From NCBI RefSeq assembly GCF_009914755.1, contig NC_060926.1: DNA of 64,000 nucleotides. One strand, 5' to 3'. This DNA comes from the human T2T-CHM13v2.0 reference genome, Homo sapiens. Positions 46,420 through 60,064 of this stretch are shown piece after piece; within the stretch, counting starts at the first letter, position 1; every line of letters begins with the position of its first letter. The position numbers and the translations under genes were made by a program. The notes under the pieces are model-generated. The model was not told the origin of the DNA. It saw nothing but the letters and a program-made list of their open reading frames with translations, and made no database searches.

Positions 46420-47100
46420 AGTTAAGAGAGGGATGGAAGAAATAGGAAGATGATGTTGGCCAAAGAGTACAAAGTTTCAGGTTTATTTTTTATTTTTATT
46501 TTGTTAAATTGAGACAGAGTCTCACTCTGTCGCCCAGGCTGGAGTGCAGTGGTGTGATCTCAGCTCACTGCTTCTCTGCCTCAAGGGTTCAAGTGATTCT
46601 CCTGCCTCAGCCTCCCCAGTAGTTGGGATTACAAGTGCACACCACCATGACCAGTTAATTTTATTTTTAGTAGAGATGTAGTTTTGCATGTGGGCCGGGC
46701 TGGTCTTGAACTCCTGACCGCAAGTGATCCGCCCGCCTCAGCCTCCCAAAGTGCTGGGATTACAGGCGTGAGCCACCATGCACAGTCCCAAGTTTCTGTT
46801 TTAAATAAATTCTGGGGATCTTATGTACAGCATCATGACACTAGTTATAATATTGTATTGTTTTGAGACAAAACTGATTTAAAAAAAGACTAAAAAATTT
46901 TGCACAGTTTACTTGAGATTTGCTAAGGGAGGAGATCTTGTGTCCTCACAACTCGCACATACACATAACTACATGGTGATAGATGTGTTAATTAATTTGA
47001 ATGTGGGGTAATCATTTCAAAATGTATACATACATCAAATCATTTTGTATACCTTGAATATATAAAATTTTTGTCATTTATACCTTAATAAAGCTGGTTA
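46420..47100 (+). mobile_element. L1MA-like 3' end interrupted by a minus-strand Alu (46483-46788)
   Basis: GAGTACAAAGTTTCAG..AATAAATTCTGGGGATCT..CATCAAATCATTTTGTATACCTTGAATATA..AATAAAGCTG. Confidence 0.78.
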
Positions 47101-47153
47101 AGAAATATTTGGAAGACTCTTGAATTTTCTATACATAGTTTTCCTTCTGGTAG

Positions 47154-47474
<321 letters not shown>

Positions 47475-47695
47475 AAAACATGAATTTTTAAGTGACTTAA
47501 TAATCAATTATTTAATCAGTGTAATGGATGTGATATATAAATTATAACTTTCTCAGCTACCAAATGATTTTAAGAATGACTTCCATTTGGCTCCCTGTGA
47601 CAGATAAAACAACTCTGCTGTAGCATCTTAGATCAGAGGGGGGGAAAAAAAAAAGAATCTTAAACTATGCATTAGTTGTTGAATTATCACCTTAC

Positions 47696-47761
47696 CTCAC
47701 AAGCTGCCTGACTATTATTAAACTGTTTCGTCAACAGTTCAATCCACTGAAGCATCGTGGG
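47696..47761 (-). CDS. USP34: USP34 coding exon (66 nt)
   Basis: tag|PTMLQWIELLTKQFNNSQAACE|gtaagg. Confidence 0.95.
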
Positions 47762-47876
47762 CTAGAAAAGAAAAGTCAGTCAAAGCATATGAACTTCTGA
47801 GCCAACAATAACAAAAACCAAAAGATATCTGATAAAAACATAAATGACAAAAAAATCCATAGTAGAAAACACATAC

Positions 47877-47924
47877 CTTTTCTTTAGAATGAATAAATGT
47901 CTCTAGGACAAAGGAAGTGCTTAA
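47877..47924 (-). CDS. USP34: USP34 coding exon (48 nt)
   Basis: cag|LSTSFVLETFIHSKEK|gtatgt. Confidence 0.95.
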
Positions 47925-48011
47925 CTGTAAGAAAAGATAAAGCAAAAAAGCTTCAATCATTTTAAAGTAGTAAATTTTGACAGAATTATTTAAAGTTCAT
48001 ATATTTATTAC

Positions 48012-48087
48012 CTTTGCTGTCATTAAGGACACAGCTTTAGGATCTGGTAATGTACTGGGAATACAACTACACAATTGCCACATAAAT
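48012..48087 (-). CDS. USP34: USP34 coding exon (76 nt)
   Basis: tag|(G)FMWQLCSCIPSTLPDPKAVSLMTAK|gtaata. Confidence 0.95.
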
Positions 48088-48175
48088 CTAGAATTTAAAA
48101 ATAATCATTTAAAATTCACACGTAAGATTTTTTTAAAATGTGTAAAATATCTACTATGAAATTTACCAAACTTAC

Positions 48176-48240
48176 CCAAAATATGTATGTTCAAAAATGT
48201 TTTTGTCTTGAAGAAACTGCATGTTATCATGCCAAATCCA
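48176..48240 (-). CDS. USP34: USP34 coding exon (65 nt)
   Basis: cag|WIWHDNMQFLQDKNIFEHTYF(G)|gtaagt. Confidence 0.95.
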
Positions 48241-49402
48241 CTGAAAATAAAAATGTTAACATTAGTGATAAAGCAGTTTACTTCATTACATTTTACCAAT
48301 ATTTTTATTAGACAAAAAGTCTCTTCTAAAAAACCACAAAATAAAATAAAATCCATGCACTTTAAGTTCATTTTGATTTTTTCCCAAGTATATTCATATA
48401 AATGGTTGCTACTAATATTTTGTAATTATTAATACTTATCTGGCTACCTCAAGCAATTGTGAGGTTTTTATTGTATTTATAAAAATGCTGCAAGAATTCT
48501 GAAATCCTATTTGAAGAGCAAGTATATAATTGAATGAAATATAAGTCATGTTACATTCTGATAAGGTTACAAAAGAGAGGTTTACATTTAAAAGTTGGCA
48601 CAATACTTAACTCTGGTTAGCAGACCTAAATCAGACGTGATTTGTTTATAAAAATCATGAAAAATTATTTCTGACATTAGGACTGCAGGATCAATGCTGT
48701 TTTTGTCTTCATCTGTCTGAATACCTTAAATATGACTTACATTTTTGTCAGTTCTATAAAACTATTTTTACCTAGATGTTCTGACTATTGATATTACTAG
48801 CTGTTTTTTGTAGAGTTATACTTCTGATTTTATTTTGGAATTTTGGTTGGTCGGTTCATTTTGAGCTGATTAAAGTCCCAACTTTATCTTTAATCTTCCA
48901 CTGAAGATTTTCAACTATCCCTCTTTGCCTCTCCAGCCCACTACACTAATTTAGAACTTAATAGGGTTCCTGCTCTACAGTGATATTCCAGAAATCACAG
49001 TCTAATCAGTGAATAGCCGGCTTCAGAGTTCTTGGGCATTTCCAGGCACAAAAACTTTCTATTAAGCTGTAGCCCCTGTATCAGACTCTGTATCAGGCAG
49101 AGTCTGATAGCATTCTGCCCATCTCATTCAGTACTGTTTATAAATAATAAGGGAGCCCCATTCTAAACTCTGGATTCCAGCCATGGGCTCAGTTGTAGAT
49201 TCTGTGTCACAATTTTTGTCCCTTCAACCCCATAATGGCCTAACTACTGGTCAACATGATCTCCTGGACCTAAAGGCTGGTAATACTGTGGTTTCTATCA
49301 TATAAGTGCTTTTGGTTTTGCTCTGTTTTTGTTTTACAAACACTTGTCTGTTTGATAGTCCTTTTTATACTGTATCTATGTATGTGTATAGCTATTTTCT
49401 GT

Positions 49403-49405
<3 letters not shown>

Positions 49406-49441
<36 letters not shown>

Positions 49442-50048
49442 CAGGGTCTCACTCTGTTACCTGGGCTGGAGTGCAGCAGCATGATCACAGCTCACTGCAG
49501 CCTTGACCTCCCTGGTCTCAGGTGATCCTCCCACCTCAACCTCCTGAGCAGCTGGGACCACAGGTGCGTGCCACCATGCCCAGCTATTATTTTTGTATTT
49601 TTTTTTTTGTAGAGATGGGGTTTTGCCCTGTTGCCCAGGCTGGTCTTGAACTCCTGGGGTCAAGCAATCCACCTACTTCCCAAAGTGCTTAGATTACAGG
49701 TGTAATCTCATCCTGCCCACCCTGCCCAGCCACCCTAGCTATTTTCTTTTTTCTTTTCTTTTTTTTGAGACAAGTTTCGTTCTTGTTGCCCAGGCTGGAG
49801 TGCAATGGCGCGATCTCGGCTCACGGCAATCTCCACCTCCAGGTTCAAGCGATTCTCTTGCCTCAGCCTCCCAAGTAGCTGGGATTACAGGTGCCCGCCA
49901 CCATACCCAGTTAATTTTTGTATTTTTAGTAGAGAGGGGGTTTCATCATGTTGGCCAGGCTGGTCTCGAACTGCTGACCTCAAGTGATCCACCTGCCTCA
50001 GCCTCCCAAAGTGCTGGGATTACAGGTGTGAGGCAACGTGCCCAGCCT
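49406..50048 (-). mobile_element. Two tandem minus-strand Alus
   Basis: AluJ-like 49406-49730 and AluS-like 49742-50048 (TSD ACCCTAGCTATTTTCT). Confidence 0.9.
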
Positions 50049-50626
50049 TACCCTAGCTATTTTCTACCTAACTGTCCATCCTCATCTTGGGCCACTTTTC
50101 CTTGAACTTCCATCACAGCCATACAGGTCACTTTTTGGCTTCCAAAACATGCCAATAAGCTCTGTCCTTCCTAGGCAATTTGTACATAATGTTTTGCCTG
50201 GCCCGAAGCATTCTTCACATGATTACCTCTTCTCTAACTCTCAAGTTTCAGTTTAAGGTTAACTTCCTGAAGCATTTCCTGACCCTTTTCTAGCAATCAC
50301 TATCAACTACACTTTCTGAGAACTGTTACCTTCTATTATCTGTAAGAATCATTACAATTTATAATTAGTTTGCTTAATCTCTTTTATGCTTCTAAAATGT
50401 TTTATGTTATCCTTTGGGATTAATAACTATGCTTTAAATGTACAAATCTAAAAAACCACATTCTGGTTTATATCTAAAACCATATTAATATTCATGTACA
50501 CAGTATTTTACATTTTAAATTTAATTTTAAGAAAACATGTAGGCACACCCATTTAAAAATAGTAAGCTGGAACAATTATAGAAAAAATTGTTGGCTTAGG
50601 TCTGCAATGAGGAATTTTCTAATGTA

Positions 50627-51128
50627 CAGGCATATCTCATTTTATTGTGCTTCACTTTACTGCACTTTGCAGATGCTGTATTTTTAAACAAATTGAAGGG
50701 CTGTGGCAGCCCTGCAATCAAGCAAGTCTATTGGCACCATTTTTCTAATAGCATGTGCTCACTTTCTGTCTCTGTCACACTGTGGTAATTCCTGAAATAT
50801 TTCAAACATTTTCATCATTATTATATATTATTATATATTATATTATTATGGTGATCTATAACCAGTATGATTTTTGATGTTACTGTTGTGATTGTTTCAG
50901 GGTACCACGAACTACACCCATATAAGACGGCAAACTTAATACATGTTGTGTGTGTTCTGACTGCACCGAGTAGCTGTTCACTTTCTCCCTCTCCTCAGGC
51001 CTCCATATTCTCTGAGACAATACTGGAATTAGGCCAATTAACAACCCTACAATGGCCTCTCTGTATCCAGTAAAAGGAGGAGTCACACATCTTTCACCTT
51101 AAATCAAAAGCTAGAAATGATTAAGCTT
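50627..51128 (+). mobile_element. Tigger1 5' fragment
   Basis: TA|CAGGCATATCTCATTTTATTGTGCTTCACTT matches the Tigger1 left end; truncated near the transposase start. Confidence 0.85.
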
Positions 51129-51151
51129 CCTCACTTTAAATGAGGGCCCTG

Positions 51152-51152
<1 letters not shown>

Positions 51153-51208
<56 letters not shown>
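51153..51208. repeat. (CA)28 microsatellite
   Basis: Direct read. Confidence 0.97.
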
Positions 51209-51211
<3 letters not shown>

Positions 51212-51603
51212 GTTTGAGAACCACTGATGTAAATAAACAAAATACATCATCATTGTAAAGGTTTTATTTAAAATTTCATTTTACTTCACAAGTGGGCTAA
51301 TTGTCATTAAACACTGTTGGGTACTTATATAAAGCAAGGTCTAGATTTGTCTAATATCTTTAGGGCAAAAGGCTGTGCACAAAAATGATTCAAATTAATT
51401 GTGGTTATGATGATGATTGAGATAAATTTTTATACAAATAGGTAAGTTTAGTAGCTTCAAATCTAATGAAGCCATTTATAATGAATACCATCTAATTCAG
51501 CTGCTAAATCCAATTCATGGAATTGAAAAAAGACAACATTCCTGGCTTTTTACCATTAACACATGTGCAGGCAAGATACTAGTTAAAAGCATTTGAGAAC
51601 AAT

Positions 51604-51967
<364 letters not shown>

Positions 51968-52154
51968 TTAATCAGGTGTGCATTTCTGGAGAAGATTTGC
52001 TTTTTTGTGTTTTTGGCTGACTGAATTCCTAACACCAAACCAAAACACATTCAGTTATGTACTCAATAATGTACTATTACTACTTACAACATTCTGAAAT
52101 GAAGCCTCATAACTACAAATGAACACATTTGTATTCCTTAATATGTAAAATACA

Positions 52155-53196
52155 TTTTTTTTTGAGACAGTATCTCACTCTGTTGCCCAGGATGGAGTGC
52201 AGTGGTGCGATCTCGGCTCCGCCTCCCAGGTTCACGCCATTCTCCTGCCTCAGCCTCCCGAGTAGCTGGGACTACAGGCGCCCGCCAACATGCCCAGCTA
52301 ATTCTTTGTATTTTTAGTAGAGATGGGGTTTTACCATGTTAGGCAGGATGGTCTCAATCTCCGGACCTCGTGATCCGCCCGCCTCGGCCTCCCAAAGTGC
52401 TGGGATTACAGGCATGAGCCACCGCGCCCAGCCCATTTTTTTTTTTTGAGACAGAGTTTTGCTCTGTTGCCCAGGCTGAAATACAGTGGTGTGATCTCGG
52501 TTCACTATAACCTCCGCCTCTCAGGTTCAAGGGCTTCTCTCGCCTAGGCCTCCTGAGTAGCTGGGATTACAGGTGCCCACCAATACACCCAGCTAATCTT
52601 TGTATTTTTAGTACAGCTGCAGTTTTGCCATGTTGGCCAGGTTGGTCTCAAACTCCTGGCCTCACGTGATCCACCTGTCTGAGCTTCCCAAAGTGCTGGG
52701 ATTATAGGCATGAGCCACTGCGCCTGGGTGTAAAATACATTTTAATGGCATTTCAATTACAATGCATGCTTGAGGGCATGGGTCTGTATCATGAGACACA
52801 ACAGAAGGAACACTTACAAACCCATCATCCAATCTAAGAAGCAAAACATTACTAACCTCACAAATTGTTAAGTCACTCTGATTCCCTCAACCTTTCTGCC
52901 ACCTTTTTAAATTTTTTTGAGATGGAGTCTTGCTCTGTCACCCAGGCTGGAGTGCAGTGGTGTGATCTCCATTCACTGCAACCTCCGCCTCCCAGGTTCA
53001 AGCAATTCTCTGCCTCAGCCTCCCAAGCAGCTGGGATTACAGGCGCCCACCACCACGCTCGGCTACTTTTTGTATTTTTTAGGAGAAACAGAGTTTCACC
53101 ATTTGGCCATGCTGGTCTTGAACCCCTGACCTCGTGATCTACCCACCTCGGCCTCCCAAAGTGCTGAGATTACAGGCATGAATCACCACACCCAGT
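52155..53196 (-). mobile_element. Three minus-strand Alus (AluY-like 52155-52433, 52436-52729, 52912-53196)
   Basis: Reverse Alu dimers; TSD TGTAAAATACATTTT brackets the first two. Confidence 0.9.
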
Positions 53197-53415
53197 CGCC
53201 TACTCTCTTTTAGTGATATTTTCTACTCCATTTAATCTCATTCATTTTCATTTACGGGTCTTATATCAGTATTACCAAGACTATTTGTAAATACTCTTAA
53301 GATCTACTCAGAATTGCAGATATCAACCTGTAGAACCTGTTCTTACACTACAGTATTCCTTGCATAAACACTTAACATATTTTTAAAATGTTGCTCAAAT
53401 GAAATTAACTTATAC

Positions 53416-53511
53416 CTCTAGTAACTCTGACGAAACATCAAATTTGTATTCTCTGCCATTTTCTTCCTCTGGTTCCATGCGTTTGTAAAACAGCATATAT
53501 GCACTGTGTGT
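53416..53511 (-). CDS. USP34: USP34 coding exon (96 nt), end of USP domain (SAYMLFY)
   Basis: aag|THSAYMLFYKRMEPEEENGREYKFDVSSELLE|gtataa; AYMLFY is the terminal USP-domain motif. Confidence 0.95.
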
Positions 53512-53621
53512 CTTTAAGAGGCAAGAAAAAAATTTATTTTCATTTTGACAAAGTATTACTCTAAAAGTAGACAATGCAGAAGAAAAAACAATATAAAATT
53601 ATACATGAAAAAAATGGTTAC

Positions 53622-53675
53622 CTTTTCAAAAGAGAAGTCCATAAATTTATCTGTAACAGAATCATAGGTCTTGGT
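53622..53675 (-). CDS. USP34: USP34 coding exon (54 nt)
   Basis: cag|TKTYDSVTDKFMDFSFEK|gtaacc. Confidence 0.95.
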
Positions 53676-54310
53676 CTGTTTAAAAATACAAAAGTTTTAC
53701 TTCTTTGAAAAAATGGGTATACTCAGCTATATTTATATATAAATTATTTCATAAACAGCTATTTTATACTTAATAGTAACTTTGTAAGTAGTTTTCAAAC
53801 ACCGCCGCCTTCATAAAAATTCTACGTACTTCACAATTTGGCCAATATATCCTAATATCTTTTTTTTAGTTTTTATTATTTTTATTATTTTTAGATAGAG
53901 AACACTATAAAGTTGAGACTGAGAAAATTTTACTATAACAAAAGAAAACAAATGATGACAGTGAGGCAAGAAAGTAGTTGGCCTTGTCCTAATTTTGGTA
54001 AATGCAATAAATAAGTGGAAATAAAAACTGAATTTAAATAGTTCTTTCTCAGCAACATTATAAATGAGGAAAGCATATTATTAAAATATCTCATTGGCAC
54101 GAAGCTGTAATTTATTCTGACATGTCAAAACATCTACCTCCACCAATCCTTCACAAACATAATTTTGAACCTCAAAGTTGTAAGTAACTTTATGCAGATG
54201 AAATGGTTTTGTCAGTACACACTTTAAGCAATCCAACTGATGGGAGACAGCAAAAGAAGCATCAGAAAAAGGTAAGAGTCAGAAAAAGGTAAGAGTCAAC
54301 CAAAGATAAT

Positions 54311-54314
<4 letters not shown>

Positions 54315-54360
<46 letters not shown>
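54315..54360. repeat. (AC)23 microsatellite
   Basis: Direct read; preceded by a 17-bp doublet TCAGAAAAAGGTAAGAG x2 (54262-54295). Confidence 0.97.
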
Positions 54361-54362
<2 letters not shown>

Positions 54363-54710
54363 TGCAAAGGAAAGAAAAGGGACCATGAAGCAATAAGAAG
54401 CAATCAGTAAAGATCTAGAATTTGAATAAGAAAGAAAGGTCATAGGACAAAAGGAGGCTGAACAAAGGATCCCAGAGAGGTAAGTGAACATATGGCATAT
54501 TACGAGAATTTAGTGGTGGGGCTTCTGAGAACTTAAAGACTGTTTCTTAATGAGTAAGGAGACGAGGATTCTACTGGTAATGCTGGAGAACTTCAGGTGT
54601 GCTGTGACAGAAAAAATTTAAAAAGCCAAGGGAAGCAGACAAGCAGCATTATGGGCAATGAAATCAGAAGGGACAGAGGCAGACATTTTAAAACACAAAG
54701 ATTCAAAACA

Positions 54711-55304
<594 letters not shown>

Positions 55305-55448
55305 TCAAAACATTTTTTAAAGATACTTTACCATAAAATATGTAAAAGAAAAAAAAAGTGGACCTGCAATTTGAAAAACTACTTTTTAAGAGAAGAGCCT
55401 TCCTCTTCTTCCTTCATTTTTTTTTTTTTTTTTTTAAAAGGAAACATT

Positions 55449-55738
55449 CGGCTGAGTACGGTGGCTCATGCCTATAATCCCAGCACTTTGGGAGCCCAAG
55501 GTGGGCGATCACAAGGTCAGGAGATCAAGACCATCCTAGCCAACATGGTGAAACCCCGTCTCCACTTAAAACACAAAAATTAGCTGGGCATGGTGGCGCG
55601 TGCCTGTAATCCCAGCTATTCGGGAGGCCGAGGCAGGAGAATCACTTGAACCAGAAGTTGGAGGCTGCAGTGAGCCAAGATCACGCCACTGTACCCCAGC
55701 TTGGTGACAGAGTGAGACTGTCTCAAAAAAAAAAAAAA
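55449..55738 (+). mobile_element. Alu (S-type)
   Basis: TSD AAAAGGAAACATTC/AAAAGGAGACATTC. Confidence 0.9.
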
Positions 55739-55933
55739 GGAGACATTCTAGGCATAACATCTACAGATGCAATTGGTTTAGTGGTGGCTTTAGCAGTAAC
55801 TCAATATTTACTTCCCTATTCTACCCATTTCTAAATTGTTAGCAAGTGGACTGCTTTTCTTTTTCCATTCAGCAGAGTAGACAAGAACACCGAGAAGCAA
55901 TAAGGAAGCCCTTCATTAAAATCTGGAATGTGT

Positions 55934-55966
55934 ATCATTTCTCAACTTTCGGCTAAGATCAACTAT
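55934..55966 (+). pseudogene. U2 snRNA 5' fragment (3'-truncated retropseudogene)
   Basis: ATCATTTCTCAACTTTCGGCTAAGATCAACTAT vs U2 5' end ATCGCTTCTCGGCCTTTTGGCTAAGATCAAGTGT. Flanked by degenerate direct repeats AAAATCTGGAATGT (55918-55931) / AAAATCCAGACTGT (55967-55980). Confidence 0.75.
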
Positions 55967-56191
55967 AAAATCCAGACTGTAAATGGTTAATTCATAACAA
56001 ATATGGTTAAGTCAAAAAAACAACTTTATTTGGGCTAATCTATGAAACGGAAATGACTAATATTTGTCTTGTGAGAATCAAGAGAATATTTTAAAACAGT
56101 TCTCAGAAAATTGATACTAGGATAAACTGCCTATAGAGAAGTGAAATTATTACAATACTCCAACCCAAATGTCTTTTCAATATCTATTGTT

Positions 56192-56494
56192 GGCTAGGTG
56201 CCATGGCTCACGTCTGTGATCCCAGCACTTCGGAGGCTGCAGTAGGTGGATTACTTGGGTTCAGGGGTTTGAGACCAGCCTGGCCAACATGGTGAAACTC
56301 CACCTCTACTAAAAATACAAAAATTGGCTGGGGATGGTGGCAGGTACCTGTAATCCCAGCTACTCCCGAGGCTGAGACTCGAGAATAGCTGGAACCCAGG
56401 AGGTGGAGGTTGCAGTGAGCCGAGATCGCGCCACTGACTCCAGTCTGGGCGACACAGCAAGAATCCGACTTGGGGGCAAAAAAAAAAAAAAAAA
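56192..56494 (+). mobile_element. Alu (S-type)
   Basis: Alu dimer with A tail. Confidence 0.88.
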
Positions 56495-57067
56495 GTCTTT
56501 TCTCAATTATGTCACATAGAAGATGTCCTTTTTCTATCCAGTATCTAGTGTTATCCAGGTTGCTGCTGGTGTTATAAAAAGCACTGAAAGAACAATCCTT
56601 TAAAACTTAGCTCAAGCCAACTTCCTTGCCAAACATTTTTTTAATTTCTTTTTTTCTTATTGTGAATCAGGTAGCCTCTTGAGCCACAGTAAGCTAAGAG
56701 AGACTCCCTTGTCAAAGATTTTTCAGATTAAGTCAGTAAACAGTAATTTCTCTTTGCTCTGATCCCACAGAATTCACTGAGTAAACAATTTACTCAATCT
56801 TATTCTCATGGCACTGTAATTCAACTCCCATACTACTAAGCTTTTTATTTCTCTTACCTTCTTAATCGGGCTGTTGTGGAAAGCAGAAATAGCACTTTAA
56901 AAATATTTCTGAGAACATACTAAACTTCCAATAAATATAAACTGAATAAATTTTTGATTTAATCATAGCAATTAAAAGAAAGTTAAGCGACTCTGCTATT
57001 GGATTTTATGATATGACAAAGCACTTGGAAGGACACAAACCATTTATAATTTCTGAATAAAACTTAC

Positions 57068-57146
57068 CGTCATCTCTCCACCAAAACATTCAGATGCAAG
57101 TTGAGCAGAATCAAAAGGTTTTACCTCAGCATCATTAAAAAGATAC
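57068..57146 (-). CDS. USP34: USP34 coding exon (79 nt), WYLFND motif
   Basis: tag|(W)YLFNDAEVKPFDSAQLASECFGGEMT|gtaagt; WxxFND carries the third catalytic residue region of USPs. Confidence 0.96.
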
Positions 57147-58181
57147 CTAAAATAGAGCATATAGTATTAATCTAGTATGCATATAATGAGTATCTTCATA
57201 TTATGTCTACTATTTTTTGAATAACCAATGTTACAAGTGTCAAATTATTTCATGAGGTAAATTCTAAGTTCTTATTTTTACAATTCTAATCTACTAGAAA
57301 TTGGAAATATAATTTTATAACATATTCTTAAGCACCTTATAATCAGATAGATCCATTTATGACCTAGGATTAACAAAAGAATTCATAAAAGAAATAAAAA
57401 AGTTTGCTTTAATATAACATGTAACGCTATTAGGAAAAATTAAGAGATTGGGAGAACTTTCAAAGGTACCATTTCAAAATTTATGATCAAAAAAAGATTC
57501 AAAATATACTTATGGAAACATTCAAATGGATAAAAAAAGGAAAAGGCACCATGGACCTGATGGGTGAAGGAGTGAAAAATAACTCAATGAAATTATTCTG
57601 CTAACTGAAAATCAATTAACAATTGTACATTTTCTTCAAATCAATATCCCCAGCACTTAGAACAGTGCCTAGCACACATATAGTACCTATAGGCCAGACC
57701 CTACCTAACAATATCTGAAGACCAAAAAACAGGTACTGGGGACTGGTTTAATGACTTCCAACCATTAACTTGATAAAAGGATAAAAAGAAGTGTGTGTGG
57801 TCCTCCCAATAGGAGGTGAAACAAGCAGAGCATGCAGGTAACTTCTAATGGCACATATAAGGCTACACTGTAGAAGATATTCAATGAACAGCTCTTGAAT
57901 GAATAGAGAAGATAAGAGTTGAAATGTTGTCTATAAATCTCCTAAAGTTGTCTGCAAAACTGTGTTCATTTCTCCAAGGAAAGGATTCAAATTCTCAAGA
58001 GTTAAAAGATCCGTATGTTTAAGAACTGATTTACACTGTCTGTTGAAAGTTATCTTCATTTAAAAATTTTGTCTGCCTCATTTCCAACTTTTGTGGCAAG
58101 TTTTTAGAAAACTAAACACTGAAAACATATCAGAAAACTACCATAAATTGTTAAAGAAGTTTTGAAATATTTAAAACTCAC

Positions 58182-58335
58182 CATTTATTGTTTTTATAAG
58201 CATGGGGATTTACTATATCTCTGATAAAGCTATAATAGTGTCCACCATCTGCCGTTCCTGTGTGAACAGTCACTCCTATCAAGTCATATTCATAGCTCTC
58301 TGAGTCTTTTGAATGATCACTGACTTCTTTAAAAC
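58182..58335 (-). CDS. USP34: USP34 coding exon (154 nt), catalytic His box
   Basis: cag|(G)FKEVSDHSKDSESYEYDLIGVTVHTGTADGGHYYSFIRDIVNPHAYKNNK(W)|gtgagt. Confidence 0.97.
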
Positions 58336-59762
58336 CTGAAATGATTTACACAGAATGGAAATAATTTTCCAAACTTCACAACAGTTACTTAGAAACACTT
58401 TTTAAAATAAACTTTATCAATTACAATATTTTAAGTCATTTTAATAAAATAAAAATAATTTTCCCAATGTGACGAGTTACTTAGAATCACTTTTATAATA
58501 AACTTTATTTACAGAAATAGGCACAAATAGTTTATATGTTAAATAGGTACAAAACAACTATCTGCTAGTCATTCACCATCCTTAGCCTACTACCATAAAG
58601 GACATATTAAACAAACCACTAGAAAAACAACCATGTGTTAATACATAATTATGGACAACTTCAATATAAAGTATAAATATAAAATATTTCTTTAATCTGA
58701 CTAATCTTTTGAAATAGGTAATATAAAATGCTCCATTCTATTTAATCTTTACTAGGAGCAGACAAACCTAAGACCTAAAAAGGAATTAGCATACTTCTTT
58801 TATTCTCATGTTAAGAAAAGTGGTTTAAACATGGTTTCCTTTTAAAAAAAAGGAAAACGAACCAATGTACTGGCAGCTTCCAAATATATATCAGTTAATA
58901 AAAAACACTACGTATTAAGAGATTTGTGTAGACAGAAACAAAATAAAGAAAAAGGTACACTTCCTATCCCCAAAGATTTAAAATATAAAGGTAATAAAAG
59001 ATACTGAGGAAAAAAAATGTAGAGTGGTCTAATAAGTTTGAAGATGATGTATGATTTATGATCTGTATTCCCACTACCACACAGAAAGGGAAAAGTAGAA
59101 TACAGAATAAGGAAATGATGAGATCTGGCTGACTTGAGGGTACAGTCTGAACTGGAACATGAAGAGATAATTAGGTCAGTAAGAGAAGGGTATGACTCAA
59201 GGTGTCAAGACAGTGGCTGAGGAGTGTAGATATGCTTATGGAGGCAGTGCCAGGATCTGACTGCATCACTTGTGGCCTAACAAATTCCTTTATCCTGGCA
59301 TAAATTCTGCTCTCTCCACAAGTGGAAACATCACAAGAAATATAATGAAGCACAGCTGTGAGGAGGTTCTGCTCTACTCTTCCAGAAAAAAATTTTTTTT
59401 CAAATAGATGGAGTCTTGCTCTACTATCCAGGCTGGAATGCAGTGGCATAATCATAGCTTACTGCAGCCCTGGACTCCTGGGCTCAAGTGATCCTCCCAT
59501 CTCAGCCTCCTAATAGCTGTGACCATAGGCATGTGTCACTGCACCTGTCTAATTTTTCAAATGGTTTAATAATAGGTCTAAAAAGTAGAATGTATACATA
59601 CAATGCCCACTTCTTAACTTCACCTGTCATCTCTACTGGTCCATGTCCTACAACTTATTTTTATTTTTTTGAGACAGAGTCTCGCTCTGTCGCCCACACT
59701 GGAGTGCAGTAGTGCAATCTCAACTCACTGCACCCTTCCTAAAGAAGGATAAACGAGCAAGA

Positions 59763-60064
59763 GGCCGGGCACAGTGGCTCACACCTGTAATCCAAGCACT
59801 TGAGGAGGCCAATGCAGGTGGATTGCCTGAGGTCAGGAGTTCGAGACCAACCTAGCCAACACGGCGAAACCTTGTCTCTACTAAAAATACAAAAATTAGC
59901 TGGGCCTGGTGGTGCGTGCCTATGGTCCCAGCTTCTTGGGAGGCTGAGGCACAAGAACTACTTGAACCTGGGAGGTGGAGTGAGCCAAGATCATGCCACT
60001 GCATTCCAGCCTAGGAGACAAAATAAGACTGTCTCAGAAGACCAAAAAAAAAAAAAAAAAAAAA
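59763..60064 (+). mobile_element. Alu (S-type)
   Basis: GGCCGGGCACAGTGGCTCAC... with A tail. Confidence 0.9.

Noticed and set aside
51209-51226. hAT-type terminus (AGTTTGAGAACCACTG) right after the Tigger1 fragment, suggesting a chimeric element
   Set aside because: More simply an older hAT relic with a truncated Tigger1 nested in it; too little sequence to support more.
53504-53514. AAG acceptor with a competing CAG 8 nt downstream
   Set aside because: AAG acceptors are a normal minority class; only the AAG keeps the frame and the SAYMLFY motif.
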